Shown: positions 1 through 9,406 of the stretch, piece after piece
How the letters are laid out: the number at the start of each line of letters is the position of its first letter
Numbering within the stretch: position 1 is the stretch's first letter
NCBI GenBank assembly: GCA_965277285.1
Contig: OZ255721.1
Span: forward strand, 1,344,001 to 1,408,000
DNA length: 64,000 bases
Source: Abditibacteriaceae bacterium
Lineage (GTDB): Bacteria; Armatimonadota; Abditibacteriia; Abditibacteriales; Abditibacteriaceae
Direction: 5' to 3'
Position numbers and translations under genes: made by a program
The notes under the pieces: generated by a model
Databases searched by the model: none
The model's input: the letters and a program-made list of their open reading frames with translations, nothing else
What the model was told of the DNA's origin: nothing

Positions 1-46
1 CAAGCGTGAGCGCGGGGCTGAAGCAACAGTTACTTCAGCCCCGCGC

Positions 47-676
47 TCACGCTTGGGGTTCTGCTAATATCTCATCAACACGTTGCGCGGCTTTTTCGCG
101 TTTGCCGCGCCGTAACAATTCTAAAACATCGCTTTCGAGTACTCGATGCCACAAAATCGCGCGCTCGCTTTGCGTTGTCGCTGTCCTATCCAAAAGCGTA
201 CGCCGTTCGCTCATCAATTGCAAAAGCTGCGCGTATTCATCGCCAATAACTTTCTTGATTTCATTGCGCAAATGATTTGCTAACGCCGGACTGCCGCCAT
301 CTGTTGAAATCGTGATCGTGATTTCGCCACGCCGAATCGTCGCCACGTTATAAAAATCGCTGCTCTTCGCATCGTCCGCGATGTTGCACCAGATTCCGTT
401 CTGGCGAGCTTCCGCCACAACCTGCGAGTTGATCTCGCGTTCGTTTGTACAAGCGAAAACCAGATAACAGTCCCGACAATCGCCGCTTTGAAAACTACGA
501 TTCGAGTACTCGAACTGCGCCTTCCACGCTTCCAATTCTTTCTCTAAATGTGGCGCCACAACATGAACCTGCGCGCCACATTGCACCAACGAACGCACTT
601 TGCGCGCGGCGACTGGCCCACCGCCGACAACCAGGCAACGTTTTCCCGCGACATCGAGCGCAATCGGCAACAGCAT
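47..676 (-). CDS. sirC: Precorrin-2 dehydrogenase/ferrochelatase (siroheme synthase N-terminal domain)
   Basis: LVVGGGPVAARK NAD-binding motif, CNIADD, ISTDGGSPALA. Confidence 0.85.
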   Translation of the reverse strand: MLLPIALDVAGKRCLVVGGGPVAARKVRSLVQCGAQVHVVAPHLEKELEAWKAQFEYSNRSFQSGDCRDCYLVFACTNEREINSQVVAEARQNGIWCNIADDAKSSDFYNVATIRRGEITITISTDGGSPALANHLRNEIKKVIGDEYAQLLQLMSERRTLLDRTATTQSERAILWHRVLESDVLELLRRGKREKAAQRVDEILAEPQA

Positions 677-852
677 CTTAAATCTTGAACCTTAAACGCT
701 TAACACTTCGCGCGGCGTTTGGGTTTCCGCAGCATCGGTTTCGCCACGCACCGCCGCGACTTCTTTTTCCAGAGAGCGCGCGAGGGCTTCCAAGCGCAGC
801 AAATAAAAGAACACGCCGCCCCACGTCAAAAGTGCGACAACTAAAACCGGAA

Positions 853-1530
853 CTAAGCTTTTGTCCACGACATCTCCTGCAAAGCGTCACGCGCCATTTC
901 CAGTCGCGCGCGCAAATTGGCCACTTTCATCAACAAAAACACATACGCCGCGATGTTGAAGGTCAGCGCGAACTGAATCAAATGATCGCTATAAAGCAGT
1001 GTATTCTTCGGATGCAAAGTTTGTCCGTCCGGCAGCAAGCGACGATAAACCACGCTCGCAAAACACGCCGTCAAACATCCAAAAATCGCGTAAACCGCCC
1101 ACAAATTGCGCCGTTTTCCGTCGTCTTCCACCGCGCCGCGCAACGCGAACAACGCCGCGTATGTAATCAAAGTAACCAGAACGCCGACTTGTTGCGGGTC
1201 CCAACTCCAATACATTCCCCAGTTGACACGCGCGAAAACGGCGCCTGTAACAGTCGCCACCACGCCCGCCAGCGCGCCCGCTTCGGCATACGCCAGCGAA
1301 AGCGCGTCGTCTTTCACGTTGCGCGTGCGCAGCCATTGCACGCCATAAAAAGCCGAAACCAGAAACGCCACGATCATCGCCACCGCCATCGGAATATGAA
1401 AATATCCGATCTGGCGCGCAAATAATCGCAAGCCACTGGAACGATCTTCAATCGGCGGCATGGCAAAACCGATAATCATGCCCAGCGCGATCCAGATCCC
1501 CAGAATAGAGGTACTAATTCGAGTACTCAT
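853..1530 (-). CDS. ccmC: Cytochrome c biogenesis heme exporter CcmC/CcsA family
   Basis: YFHIP and Trp-rich WGMYWSWDPQ motif; downstream of ccmAB. Confidence 0.8.
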   Translation of the reverse strand: MSTRISTSILGIWIALGMIIGFAMPPIEDRSSGLRLFARQIGYFHIPMAVAMIVAFLVSAFYGVQWLRTRNVKDDALSLAYAEAGALAGVVATVTGAVFARVNWGMYWSWDPQQVGVLVTLITYAALFALRGAVEDDGKRRNLWAVYAIFGCLTACFASVVYRRLLPDGQTLHPKNTLLYSDHLIQFALTFNIAAYVFLLMKVANLRARLEMARDALQEMSWTKA

Positions 1531-1550
1531 TATTGACTATTTCATCTGTC

Positions 1551-1636
1551 AACGAACCCGAAGCGTAAGCGATGGGCTGAAATAAAAATTGCATCAAACT
1601 GTTACTTCAGCCCGTCGCTCACGCTTCGGGTTCGTT
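1551..1636. repeat. REP-like hairpin family C (AACGAACCCGAAGCG...CGCTTCGGGTTCGTT)
   Basis: Related copies at 1-60 (partial) and 51914-52005. Confidence 0.8.
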
Positions 1637-1660
1637 AATGCTGCGGTCGTGATTTCCAAC

Positions 1661-2329
1661 TCAAGCCAGCCAGACCGAATCGAACAGCATCCAACTGGCG
1701 GCTAAAACCAAAACATCATACGTCAACACAATTTGCAAACCGGGCCAAAACGACGAATTGGCTCCGAACGTGGCCGACGTGGCGACTGAAGCCGCGCCCA
1801 GCAACGGTAACAAAACCGGCACCGCGACCGCCGCGAACAACGCTCCGCGCGCCCGCGCCTGACTCGCAATCGCGCCCAACAATGTACACGCGACCGCCAG
1901 ACCAATGTCGCCCGCCAGCAAAATGACGAACAATGCGACAGGCTGCGTCACGCGCGCGTTCAACAATACGATGAACAGCGGCACCGCAGCGATTTGCGTC
2001 AACAACAGCAACGCCAGATTGAATGCGGCTTTGCCCCATAGAACGGCTTCCGGCGGACAACTCAAGCGCAATTGCGCGACGGTTCCGCTTTCTTCCTCGC
2101 GCACGAAAGCGCGCGGCAACCCCACCAACGCCGCGAAAAGCAAAACGCTCCACAAACATCCGGCGAGCGTTTCCGCGCTCAGGTTTTGCGTTGCCACATT
2201 GAAACTCAGCGCAATCGGCGCCGCAACCGCGAACAAAACGCTGGCGTTCAAGGCCGCGCGCGTGCGCCATTCGCCGCGCCATTCGCGCCCAAAAACCGCA
2301 CTCATCGGCGTCCACAGCGAAGCGTTCAT
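1661..2329 (-). CDS. ccmB: Heme exporter permease CcmB
   Basis: Hydrophobic; FVREEESGT motif; start moved to MNASL because the ORF's 5' part is a REP and palindrome. Confidence 0.85.
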   Translation of the reverse strand: MNASLWTPMSAVFGREWRGEWRTRAALNASVLFAVAAPIALSFNVATQNLSAETLAGCLWSVLLFAALVGLPRAFVREEESGTVAQLRLSCPPEAVLWGKAAFNLALLLLTQIAAVPLFIVLLNARVTQPVALFVILLAGDIGLAVACTLLGAIASQARARGALFAAVAVPVLLPLLGAASVATSATFGANSSFWPGLQIVLTYDVLVLAASWMLFDSVWLA

Positions 2330-2412
2330 TTTCGAGTACTCGATTGTGGCCAAATTACGTTCAAACGTTGTAGGGGCTTGGCACGCCAAGCCGTTATAAG
2401 TGAACGACAATA

Positions 2413-3057
2413 TTACAATTCCAATCGTGCGTCGCACCAAGCGGCTTCGCGATCATCATTTGTCGCCACCAAAACAATGCCGCGCGCGCGTTGCTCTTCG
2501 AGTACTCGATACGCGATTTCTCGACCGCTTTCGTCCATATTGGCCGACGGTTCATCCAGCAGCAAAATCGAAGGCTGATGAAAGGTCGCCAACGCTAAAC
2601 CCAATCTTGCGCGTAAACCCGATGACAATTCGCCTGTTAAATCAGGCGCGCGGTTTTCTAAACCAAACTTCACCAGATGCGCCGAAAGTTCCTCGCCTCG
2701 CGTACTCAAACCGCGCACGCGCGCAACAAACTCCAAGTTTTCCAGCACAGACAATTCGCGTGGATGTGGTGCATCGGGAGCCGACAACCCGCACAAAAAG
2801 CGCAAATCGCTGTCTTTCCACGTTGTGCCGTTTCCGTCGCGCCATTCAATTTCGCCGCGCGAAGGTCGCTCCAAACCGGCCACGATCTTGAGCAAGGTGC
2901 TTTTTCCTGCGCCGTTTCGTCCGACAATCGCCACCGCCGCACCTTGCGAAATCGAAAAGTTCAAGCCGCGAAAAACCGCGCGCGCACCGAAGCGTTTTGC
3001 CAAGTCGTGCGCGCGCAGTTGCGGCTTTTCGCGGTTCGTCACATCGTTATTTGTCAC
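2413..3057 (-). CDS. ccmA: Heme ABC exporter ATPase CcmA
   Basis: GRNGAGKST Walker A, LSSG, LLLDEP. Confidence 0.85.
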   Translation of the reverse strand: MTNNDVTNREKPQLRAHDLAKRFGARAVFRGLNFSISQGAAVAIVGRNGAGKSTLLKIVAGLERPSRGEIEWRDGNGTTWKDSDLRFLCGLSAPDAPHPRELSVLENLEFVARVRGLSTRGEELSAHLVKFGLENRAPDLTGELSSGLRARLGLALATFHQPSILLLDEPSANMDESGREIAYRVLEEQRARGIVLVATNDDREAAWCDARLEL

Positions 3058-4372
3058 GGCTCAGCACATAATCCGCGATGTCGCGCAACGCCGTTTTCGC
3101 TTCGCTTTCTGCAAAATCGTCAAGTTGCGACTTGGCCGATTCGACGAAGCGCGCTGCCAGCGCCATCGAGTACTCGACCGCATCACAATCGCGCAAGATG
3201 CTCAACGCTCGCTTCACTTCCTCGTCCGTAATCGGGTCTTTGCCGACAATGGCGCACAATTCGTCGCGCTCGCGTTCGCCAATCAATTGCATCGCGCGCA
3301 ACATTGGCAGCGTAATATCGCCTTCGCGGATGTCATTGCCAACCGGTTTTCCAATGCGCGCCGCACTTGAAGTCACATCGAAAACGTCGTCCACGATTTG
3401 AAACGCCAAGCCCAAATCGCGGCCATAGCGCGCCAGTCTTTCCTGTTCTTCGCTCGTTGCACCTGCCGAAATCGCCCCGGCGCGACAAGCGCAATCGGTC
3501 AGGCTGCCAGTTTTCAGCGAAATAATGTCAAGATATTGCGCCTCGCTCATCGAAAGCAGGCCGCGCGTTTGTGTTTCCAGCAATTCTCCAGCGCAAAGTT
3601 CGGCGGTCGCCTGCGCCATAAACGGTAAAATCTCGCGGAACTCGGGCGCTGCCATCGCCACAAAACTTTGCGCGCACAAATAATCGCCGACCAGAACGCT
3701 GGTTTCGTTGCCCCACATCAGATTCGCCGCCGGTTTGCCGCGCCGCGTTTGCGCCAGATCAATTACATCATCGTGCAAAAGCGCAGTCGTGTGCGTCAGT
3801 TCAATAACTGCCGCGCACGTAATGGTTTTCGCGCCCGCTGTTTTCTCGCCGCAAATTTGCGCCGCCAAAATCGTCAGCGATGGTCGCAAGCGCTTGCCGC
3901 CCGCGCCCAGCGTATGTCCCGCGACATCGGCGACGAGTTTCACCGGCGAGGAAATCAAGCGCTCGATTTCGGCTTCAACCTGCGTCATTTGAGGCGCAAC
4001 GGCTTCAAGCGTCGCCGCAATATCAATGCGCGCTTTACCATGGCTCAAGTTGCCGTTTGCCGAAATACCGTTTATCGAAACGCCGTTCGAGTACTCGATT
4101 GCGCCGTTTTGCGCGCTCTCGTTCTGTGCATTGCCGTTTTGCATGGCGGCGGTGCGCAAAGGCATTTGGCGCGCCTGGGCGATTTGTGCGGCGGCGACAA
4201 CAGTTTGCTGAACATCGGGGCGCACGTCCGGCGTCGCTTCTTCGTGGCCGTTTAATGCGTCACCACTCAACTCGGTGCTGTTAGTATTGGTGGAAGACGA
4301 ACGATTGTTTCGTGTTCCGTTCAAATACCCGTTTGTGACATTGGCGTTCGTCATTGTTCCACCACCTTTCAA
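3047..4372 (-). CDS. Polyprenyl diphosphate synthase (HepT/IspB type) with low-complexity N-terminal extension
   Basis: GGKRLRP, LLHDDVID, FQIVDD motifs; start uncertain. Confidence 0.88.
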   Translation of the reverse strand: MKGGGTMTNANVTNGYLNGTRNNRSSSTNTNSTELSGDALNGHEEATPDVRPDVQQTVVAAAQIAQARQMPLRTAAMQNGNAQNESAQNGAIEYSNGVSINGISANGNLSHGKARIDIAATLEAVAPQMTQVEAEIERLISSPVKLVADVAGHTLGAGGKRLRPSLTILAAQICGEKTAGAKTITCAAVIELTHTTALLHDDVIDLAQTRRGKPAANLMWGNETSVLVGDYLCAQSFVAMAAPEFREILPFMAQATAELCAGELLETQTRGLLSMSEAQYLDIISLKTGSLTDCACRAGAISAGATSEEQERLARYGRDLGLAFQIVDDVFDVTSSAARIGKPVGNDIREGDITLPMLRAMQLIGERERDELCAIVGKDPITDEEVKRALSILRDCDAVEYSMALAARFVESAKSQLDDFAESEAKTALRDIADYVLSRDK

Positions 4373-4388
4373 AACAGAATGGGCGCGC

Positions 4389-5054
4389 TTATTTGGCGCG
4401 CAGGTAATACGACAAAATTTCCATTTCCGAAGTCAAATCGACGTTGCGAACAGCGATTCCAGGACGCACCAAAATCGCAGTCGGCGCGAAGTTCAAAATC
4501 GCGTGAACGCCCGCCGCCACCAACTTGTCGACGACACTTTGCGCCGCCACGCGCGGCACCGTGACGACACCGACCGGCGCTTGCAAGTGAGCGTTCATCT
4601 TGGCCACCTCGTCAATGTGATGAACGACGTGTTCGCGCATTTTCGTTCCAACTTTCGCCGGATCGTTATCAAACACCGCAACCACGCGAAAACCGCGCTC
4701 CGTAAAACCCATATACGATGACAAGGCCGTGCCCAAATTGCCAGCGCCCACCAACAACACATCGCGCTGCGCATCCAAACCCATAATGCGCGACAAATGC
4801 GCTTCCAGTTCGTTCACATCGTAGCCCAGGCCAGGCGTGCCGAACTCGCCGAAATAGCTCAAGTCCTTGCGAAATTGGGCGGCGTTGATGCCGGTGCGCT
4901 GCGCGATTTCCGTAGAAGACGCGGTGTGAACATCATCGGCGCGCATACCACGCACGCACTGCAAATACGCACTTAAGCGCTCAATTGTCGGTTGTGGAAT
5001 CTTCACCGAACCATCGTTGTTTTCGGCTCCGATCTCGCTTTTTTTCGTCGCCAT
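4389..5054 (-). CDS. rex: Redox-sensing transcriptional repressor Rex
   Basis: FRKDLSYFGEFG, GAGNLG, ILNFAP. Confidence 0.95.
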   Translation of the reverse strand: MATKKSEIGAENNDGSVKIPQPTIERLSAYLQCVRGMRADDVHTASSTEIAQRTGINAAQFRKDLSYFGEFGTPGLGYDVNELEAHLSRIMGLDAQRDVLLVGAGNLGTALSSYMGFTERGFRVVAVFDNDPAKVGTKMREHVVHHIDEVAKMNAHLQAPVGVVTVPRVAAQSVVDKLVAAGVHAILNFAPTAILVRPGIAVRNVDLTSEMEILSYYLRAK

Positions 5055-5148
5055 AAACTGCTTCCTCGCGCTCGCGTTTGCTTGTTCAAAATGCTTCTTT
5101 TTCAGGATAACATACGCAACTCACTTTTTTATCTTTTCTCCGCCTATT

Positions 5149-5166
5149 TTGAGAAATATTTCACAA
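5149..5166. promoter_or_regulatory. Rex operator
   Basis: TTGAGAA-ATAT-TTCACAA, one mismatch to TTGTGAA-N4-TTCACAA, upstream of rex. Confidence 0.8.
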
Positions 5167-5363
5167 ACTACTCTTCAGCGTCAAGTGTTCTTTATTTTGC
5201 ACGCACAAATCGAGTACTCGAACGTTACTGCGAAGGCGGCGGCGCTCCAATTTTATTTCAACAAATCTTGACAGATAAAAGGAAAAACACTCGCAACAAA
5301 CTGGCCGACAGCGCGTTAAAAGTGGCACAATACGTTAGGAATGATTGCATACGAGGTTCTGCT

Positions 5364-7682
5364 ATGGCTTCTTCAAGTTCAAGATCGAAAACGTTGAGAC
5401 CTTTGGTTGGCCAGGTTGCGCCGATGCGTGTGTCAGCGAATCGCCTTGGTGCGATTCGTGCGGCGGCATTGGGCGGCGTGTTGGCGGTCGGCGGCTGGAT
5501 ACTGAATCCTTTGGAGGCGGCGCCGAATGTGCGCGCCAACGGATTTGCCAACACGACGAACGGCGCGTCGAACAACGAGACGATTGTGGCTTCCACGCCG
5601 TCATCGATTTTCGACAATTATCCGTCGTCCGCATCGTCCCCGCAAAGCGAGATGGCGGATGCGGCCAAAGCGACCATCGCTTCGACCCAAGATCAGCAAA
5701 TCGTTCACGTCTTGAATCGGCTGGCGTTCGGGCCGCGCCCTGGCGATGTCGAAGACGTGAAACGCATAGGAATTGCGCACTGGATTGACCAGCAACTGAC
5801 TCCAAGTTTGATTGACGATTCGGCGGTCGATCAAAAATTGGGCGGTTTCAAGACGTTGAATTACTCGCTGTCGCAGTTGACTTTGGCTTATGCCAGCGAC
5901 CAGATTTTGCAGCGCGTCAAGAACGAGGCGCGCAAGCAGCGCGAAGCCGAACTTAAAGGCGTCGCATATACGCCGCCGCCAAACTTGATGAACGCGCGCC
6001 AGCAACAACTGATGGACCAGGCGCAACAGCAAGGTTTCAGCGCGGGCATTTCAATGCAAATCGTTGGCGAAATGCAAAGCGCCAAAATTTTGCGCGCTTT
6101 GGAATCGAAACGCCAATTGCAAGAAGTGCTGACTGATTTCTGGGCGAACCATTTCAATCTCGACATCCGCAAGCAAGCGGTGCGCACCTTGCGCCTGGCC
6201 GATGAACGCGACGTGATTCGACCGCGCGTCTTCGGAACTTTCCGCGATTTGCTGGGCGCTTCGGCGCACAGTCCGGCGATGCTGATTTACCTGGATAACG
6301 CCAGCTCCAGCGTGGCTGTGCCGATCAACAATCCGAATAAGAAGCGTCCCGCGCAAACCAATAATCCAAATGACGACATGGCACGCCGCGAAGCCGCGTT
6401 GCAAGCACAAGAAGCAGCGCTGCAACGCCAGCAGCAATTGTTGCAGCAGCAGGAAGCGCAATTCCAAGCTCAGCAACGACGCGCGGCGGCTCGACCAGCG
6501 CGGCGCTCGCGAGTTATTATGCAGGGCGGACAGATTTACACTTTGCCTAACGGCGGTTTTGCTCCAGGCGTCACCATACGTTCTTATCCCGAAGTCGCAC
6601 CGCTTGATGCGTCTTCGTCCGCGAACACAACAGCAACGCCTTTAGCAACTCCCGTTGCAACGTCGATTGCTGCTGCAACGCCGAAAATGCGTGGTGGCGT
6701 CAACGAAAATTATGCGCGCGAAATTATGGAGTTGCACACGCTGGGCGTCGGTGGCGGTTACACGCAAAAAGATGTGCAGGAAGTCGCGCGCTGTTTCACA
6801 GGCTGGAGCGTTGACCGCGATACGGGCGAATTCCGCTTTTACCCGAATCGCCACGACGATGGGCAAAAAATTGTTCTCGGACACGTCATCCCCGCAGGTG
6901 GAGGCGAACAGGACGGCGAACGAGTACTCGATATCCTGGCTGCTCATCCTTCAACAGCGCATTTTATCGCGACGAAGATGTGCGAGCGTTTGGTGTCCGA
7001 TACGCCGCCGCCCGCTTTGATCAATCGCATCGCGCAGGTTTACCTAAGGACAAGCGGCGATTTGAAGCAAGTCACACGAGCGATTGTGACTTCGCCCGAA
7101 TTCATGGCGGCATCAGATTATCGCACCAAAATCAAGTCGCCGTTTGAATATGCGATTTCCGCGGCGCGCGCTCTCGATGCGACATATGTGATGCCGGTGG
7201 AAGAAAGTTCCGAAGATCAGATGACGATGATGGCCAACGGCGTGGCCAGCGTGCGCCCAAATTTGGCGCCGGTGGTTGATAGCGGAAAAGGTCGTTACGG
7301 CAAATATGCGGGAAAAACTCTGACGCGCCAAATCGACTTGATGGGCGAACCTTTGTATTCGTTTCAAGCGCCGACCGGCTATTCCGAATATTCACAGGAT
7401 TGGGTTTCGTCGGGCGCTCTCATTGCGCGCTTGAATTTTGCGCTCGATTTGACCAATGGCCGCATTCCCGACGTACAAATTTCGCGCGACAAACTGTTTC
7501 AGGGTTTGGCGCCCAATGACAAAGCGGCGTGGTTGGCACGCTTGGAAAAACTGACCTTGCAAGGCGACATCTCGACTTCGACACAACGCGCCGTGCAAGC
7601 GCAACTCAAGCCAAATACGCCGTTCGATGCGGCCACAATCGGCGCCTTGCTTTTGGGTTCGCCGGAATTCCAACGTCGCTGA
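5364..7682 (+). CDS. DUF1800 family exported protein
   Basis: HVLNRLAFGP, FWANHF, NENYAREIMELHTLG, C-terminal SPEFQRR. Confidence 0.88.
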   Translation: MASSSSRSKTLRPLVGQVAPMRVSANRLGAIRAAALGGVLAVGGWILNPLEAAPNVRANGFANTTNGASNNETIVASTPSSIFDNYPSSASSPQSEMADAAKATIASTQDQQIVHVLNRLAFGPRPGDVEDVKRIGIAHWIDQQLTPSLIDDSAVDQKLGGFKTLNYSLSQLTLAYASDQILQRVKNEARKQREAELKGVAYTPPPNLMNARQQQLMDQAQQQGFSAGISMQIVGEMQSAKILRALESKRQLQEVLTDFWANHFNLDIRKQAVRTLRLADERDVIRPRVFGTFRDLLGASAHSPAMLIYLDNASSSVAVPINNPNKKRPAQTNNPNDDMARREAALQAQEAALQRQQQLLQQQEAQFQAQQRRAAARPARRSRVIMQGGQIYTLPNGGFAPGVTIRSYPEVAPLDASSSANTTATPLATPVATSIAAATPKMRGGVNENYAREIMELHTLGVGGGYTQKDVQEVARCFTGWSVDRDTGEFRFYPNRHDDGQKIVLGHVIPAGGGEQDGERVLDILAAHPSTAHFIATKMCERLVSDTPPPALINRIAQVYLRTSGDLKQVTRAIVTSPEFMAASDYRTKIKSPFEYAISAARALDATYVMPVEESSEDQMTMMANGVASVRPNLAPVVDSGKGRYGKYAGKTLTRQIDLMGEPLYSFQAPTGYSEYSQDWVSSGALIARLNFALDLTNGRIPDVQISRDKLFQGLAPNDKAAWLARLEKLTLQGDISTSTQRAVQAQLKPNTPFDAATIGALLLGSPEFQRR

Positions 7683-7690
7683 GTAAAGAT

Positions 7691-7718
7691 GTAGGGGCTT
7701 GGCACGCCAAGCCCCTAC
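7691..7718. repeat. GTAG-type REP (GTAGGGGC...GCCCCTAC)
   Basis: Related copies at 2370, 29795, 41385, 44378-44440, 62425-62503. Confidence 0.8.
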
Positions 7719-7776
7719 GGTGTATCGAGTACTCGATATTACGCCAGCCTGAAAATGCCTGGCCTGAGGTGAAAAA

Positions 7777-9108
7777 ATGGATGTTTCCCGTCGTTTATTT
7801 TTGAAAAGTGGAGCGCTCGCGCTGGTTTCAGTTGGCGTAGCGCCCGTCATTGGGCCATCGTTTTTGCGGCGCGCCGTTTTCGCCGATGAACCGCAGCGCA
7901 ATTCAAGCGGCAGCGGCGGGCGCAAAACGCTGATTTGCATTTTCCAGCGCGGCGCCGTGGACGGTCTTTCGATGGTGGTGCCGCACGGCGACCCGAATTA
8001 CTACAACTTGCGTAATGTCGGCGCAGGCGGCATCGCCATCCCGCAGACTGGCGAAGCGGGCGTCATTGATTTGGATGGGCGTTTCGGCTTGAATCCGAAC
8101 CTGAAAGCTCTCAAGCCGATTTATGATGCCGGTCATCTGGCGCCGATTCAAGCGGTCGGTTCGCCTTCGGCCTCGCGCTCTCACTTCGACGCGCAGGACT
8201 TCATGGAAACGGGTTCTCCCGACCGCACGTTACCCGATGGCTGGGCGGCGCGCGCCCTGGAACATTGCCCCGAAGATGCGGCGCGCATCTCGACCTTTCG
8301 CGCTGTCGCTATGACTGGCGAATTGCCGAAAACGTTTCGCGGCGAAAAAGACGCGCTGGCGATTCCCGATTTGCGCTCCTTTGGCGTTCATGGCGGCGCG
8401 GCGGATTTGGCGGCCAGTCTCGACATGGGCGGGCATCCTAAAGGCAGCGATGCGGCGGGCGGTTTCGAGTCGCTTTATGACAGCGCGGTTGGCGATGTTT
8501 TGGGCGGCACGGGACGCGAATCGTTCGAGGCGATCAAGATTTTGAAGGGCATTTCGTCCAAAGCGTATGTTCCCGAAAATGGCGCTCTCTATCCGCGCAC
8601 AGGTTTCGGCAAATCGTTGCAGCAAATCGCACAACTGATTAAAGCCAATGTCGGCGTCGAAGTCGCGTTCGCCGAATCGGGCGGTTGGGACACGCACATC
8701 AATCAGGGCGGCGCGCAAGGTCAGTTGGGCAATCGCTTGAAAGAGTTTGGCGACGGCCTGGCGGCGCTTTACACCGATTTAGGCGACCGCATGAGCGATG
8801 TCGTGATCTTGACAATGAGCGAATTTGGTCGCACCGCGCGCCAGAACGGAAACGGCGGTACAGATCACGGACACGGAACTTGCTTCTTCGCACTGGGCGG
8901 CAATGTTCAAGGCGGCAAAGTTTTGGGCGATTGGCCTGGCCTGGCGCCGGAACAATTGAACGAAAACCGCGATTTGGCGGTGACAACCGACTTCCGCGAC
9001 GTTTTTGGTGAAGTCGCGCAACGTCATCTGGGCGTCAACGATTTGAACGCCGTTTTTCCGTTCCGCACGCAATCAGGCCCATTCCGCAACGTGCTGCGCT
9101 CAACTTAA
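7777..9108 (+). CDS. DUF1501 family Tat-exported protein
   Basis: SRRLFLK Tat motif, RSHFDAQ, GWDTH, SEFGRT, GTDHG; usual partner of DUF1800. Confidence 0.9.
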   Translation: MDVSRRLFLKSGALALVSVGVAPVIGPSFLRRAVFADEPQRNSSGSGGRKTLICIFQRGAVDGLSMVVPHGDPNYYNLRNVGAGGIAIPQTGEAGVIDLDGRFGLNPNLKALKPIYDAGHLAPIQAVGSPSASRSHFDAQDFMETGSPDRTLPDGWAARALEHCPEDAARISTFRAVAMTGELPKTFRGEKDALAIPDLRSFGVHGGAADLAASLDMGGHPKGSDAAGGFESLYDSAVGDVLGGTGRESFEAIKILKGISSKAYVPENGALYPRTGFGKSLQQIAQLIKANVGVEVAFAESGGWDTHINQGGAQGQLGNRLKEFGDGLAALYTDLGDRMSDVVILTMSEFGRTARQNGNGGTDHGHGTCFFALGGNVQGGKVLGDWPGLAPEQLNENRDLAVTTDFRDVFGEVAQRHLGVNDLNAVFPFRTQSGPFRNVLRST

Positions 9109-9154
9109 ATTATTGAAAGCCTTGAGATTCAAGTTCACCTGAAAGTGAGAGTTA

Positions 9155-9218
9155 GTCATTCTGAGCAAAGCGAAGAATCTAAACCCTAAGTCAGATTCTT
9201 CGCTCCACTCAGAATGAC
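9155..9218. repeat. REP-like hairpin family A (GTCATTCTGAGC..CGAAGAATCT / AGATTCTTCG..TCAGAATGAC)
   Basis: Other copies at 46701-46776 and 53224-53286. Confidence 0.85.
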
Positions 9219-9406
9219 AGACTTCCACTTGCTGGACTTTTGAAGAGTCCGTGACGAGACATTTCCCACCAAACTGGAGCGTAAGCGAACTGCTTGCGCT
9301 CCAGTTTTTGCGCGTCTGAGATAAAATGAAAAGGCATCCGTTAAACTTCGAGTTATCCCATATCGAGTACTCGATTCGTCCAAAATCCGGTTTACCTTTT
9401 CTTCTT

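Noticed and set aside
685..1425. Numerous long antisense or overlapping ORFs in the track
   Set aside because: Shadow ORFs of GC-rich genes with no recognisable motifs
4992..5363. N-terminal extensions in the ORF track (DUF1800, ccmB, GDE, thiE, thiG, murJ, trpA, ddpX)
   Set aside because: They run through promoters, REPs or upstream genes; later starts fit the families
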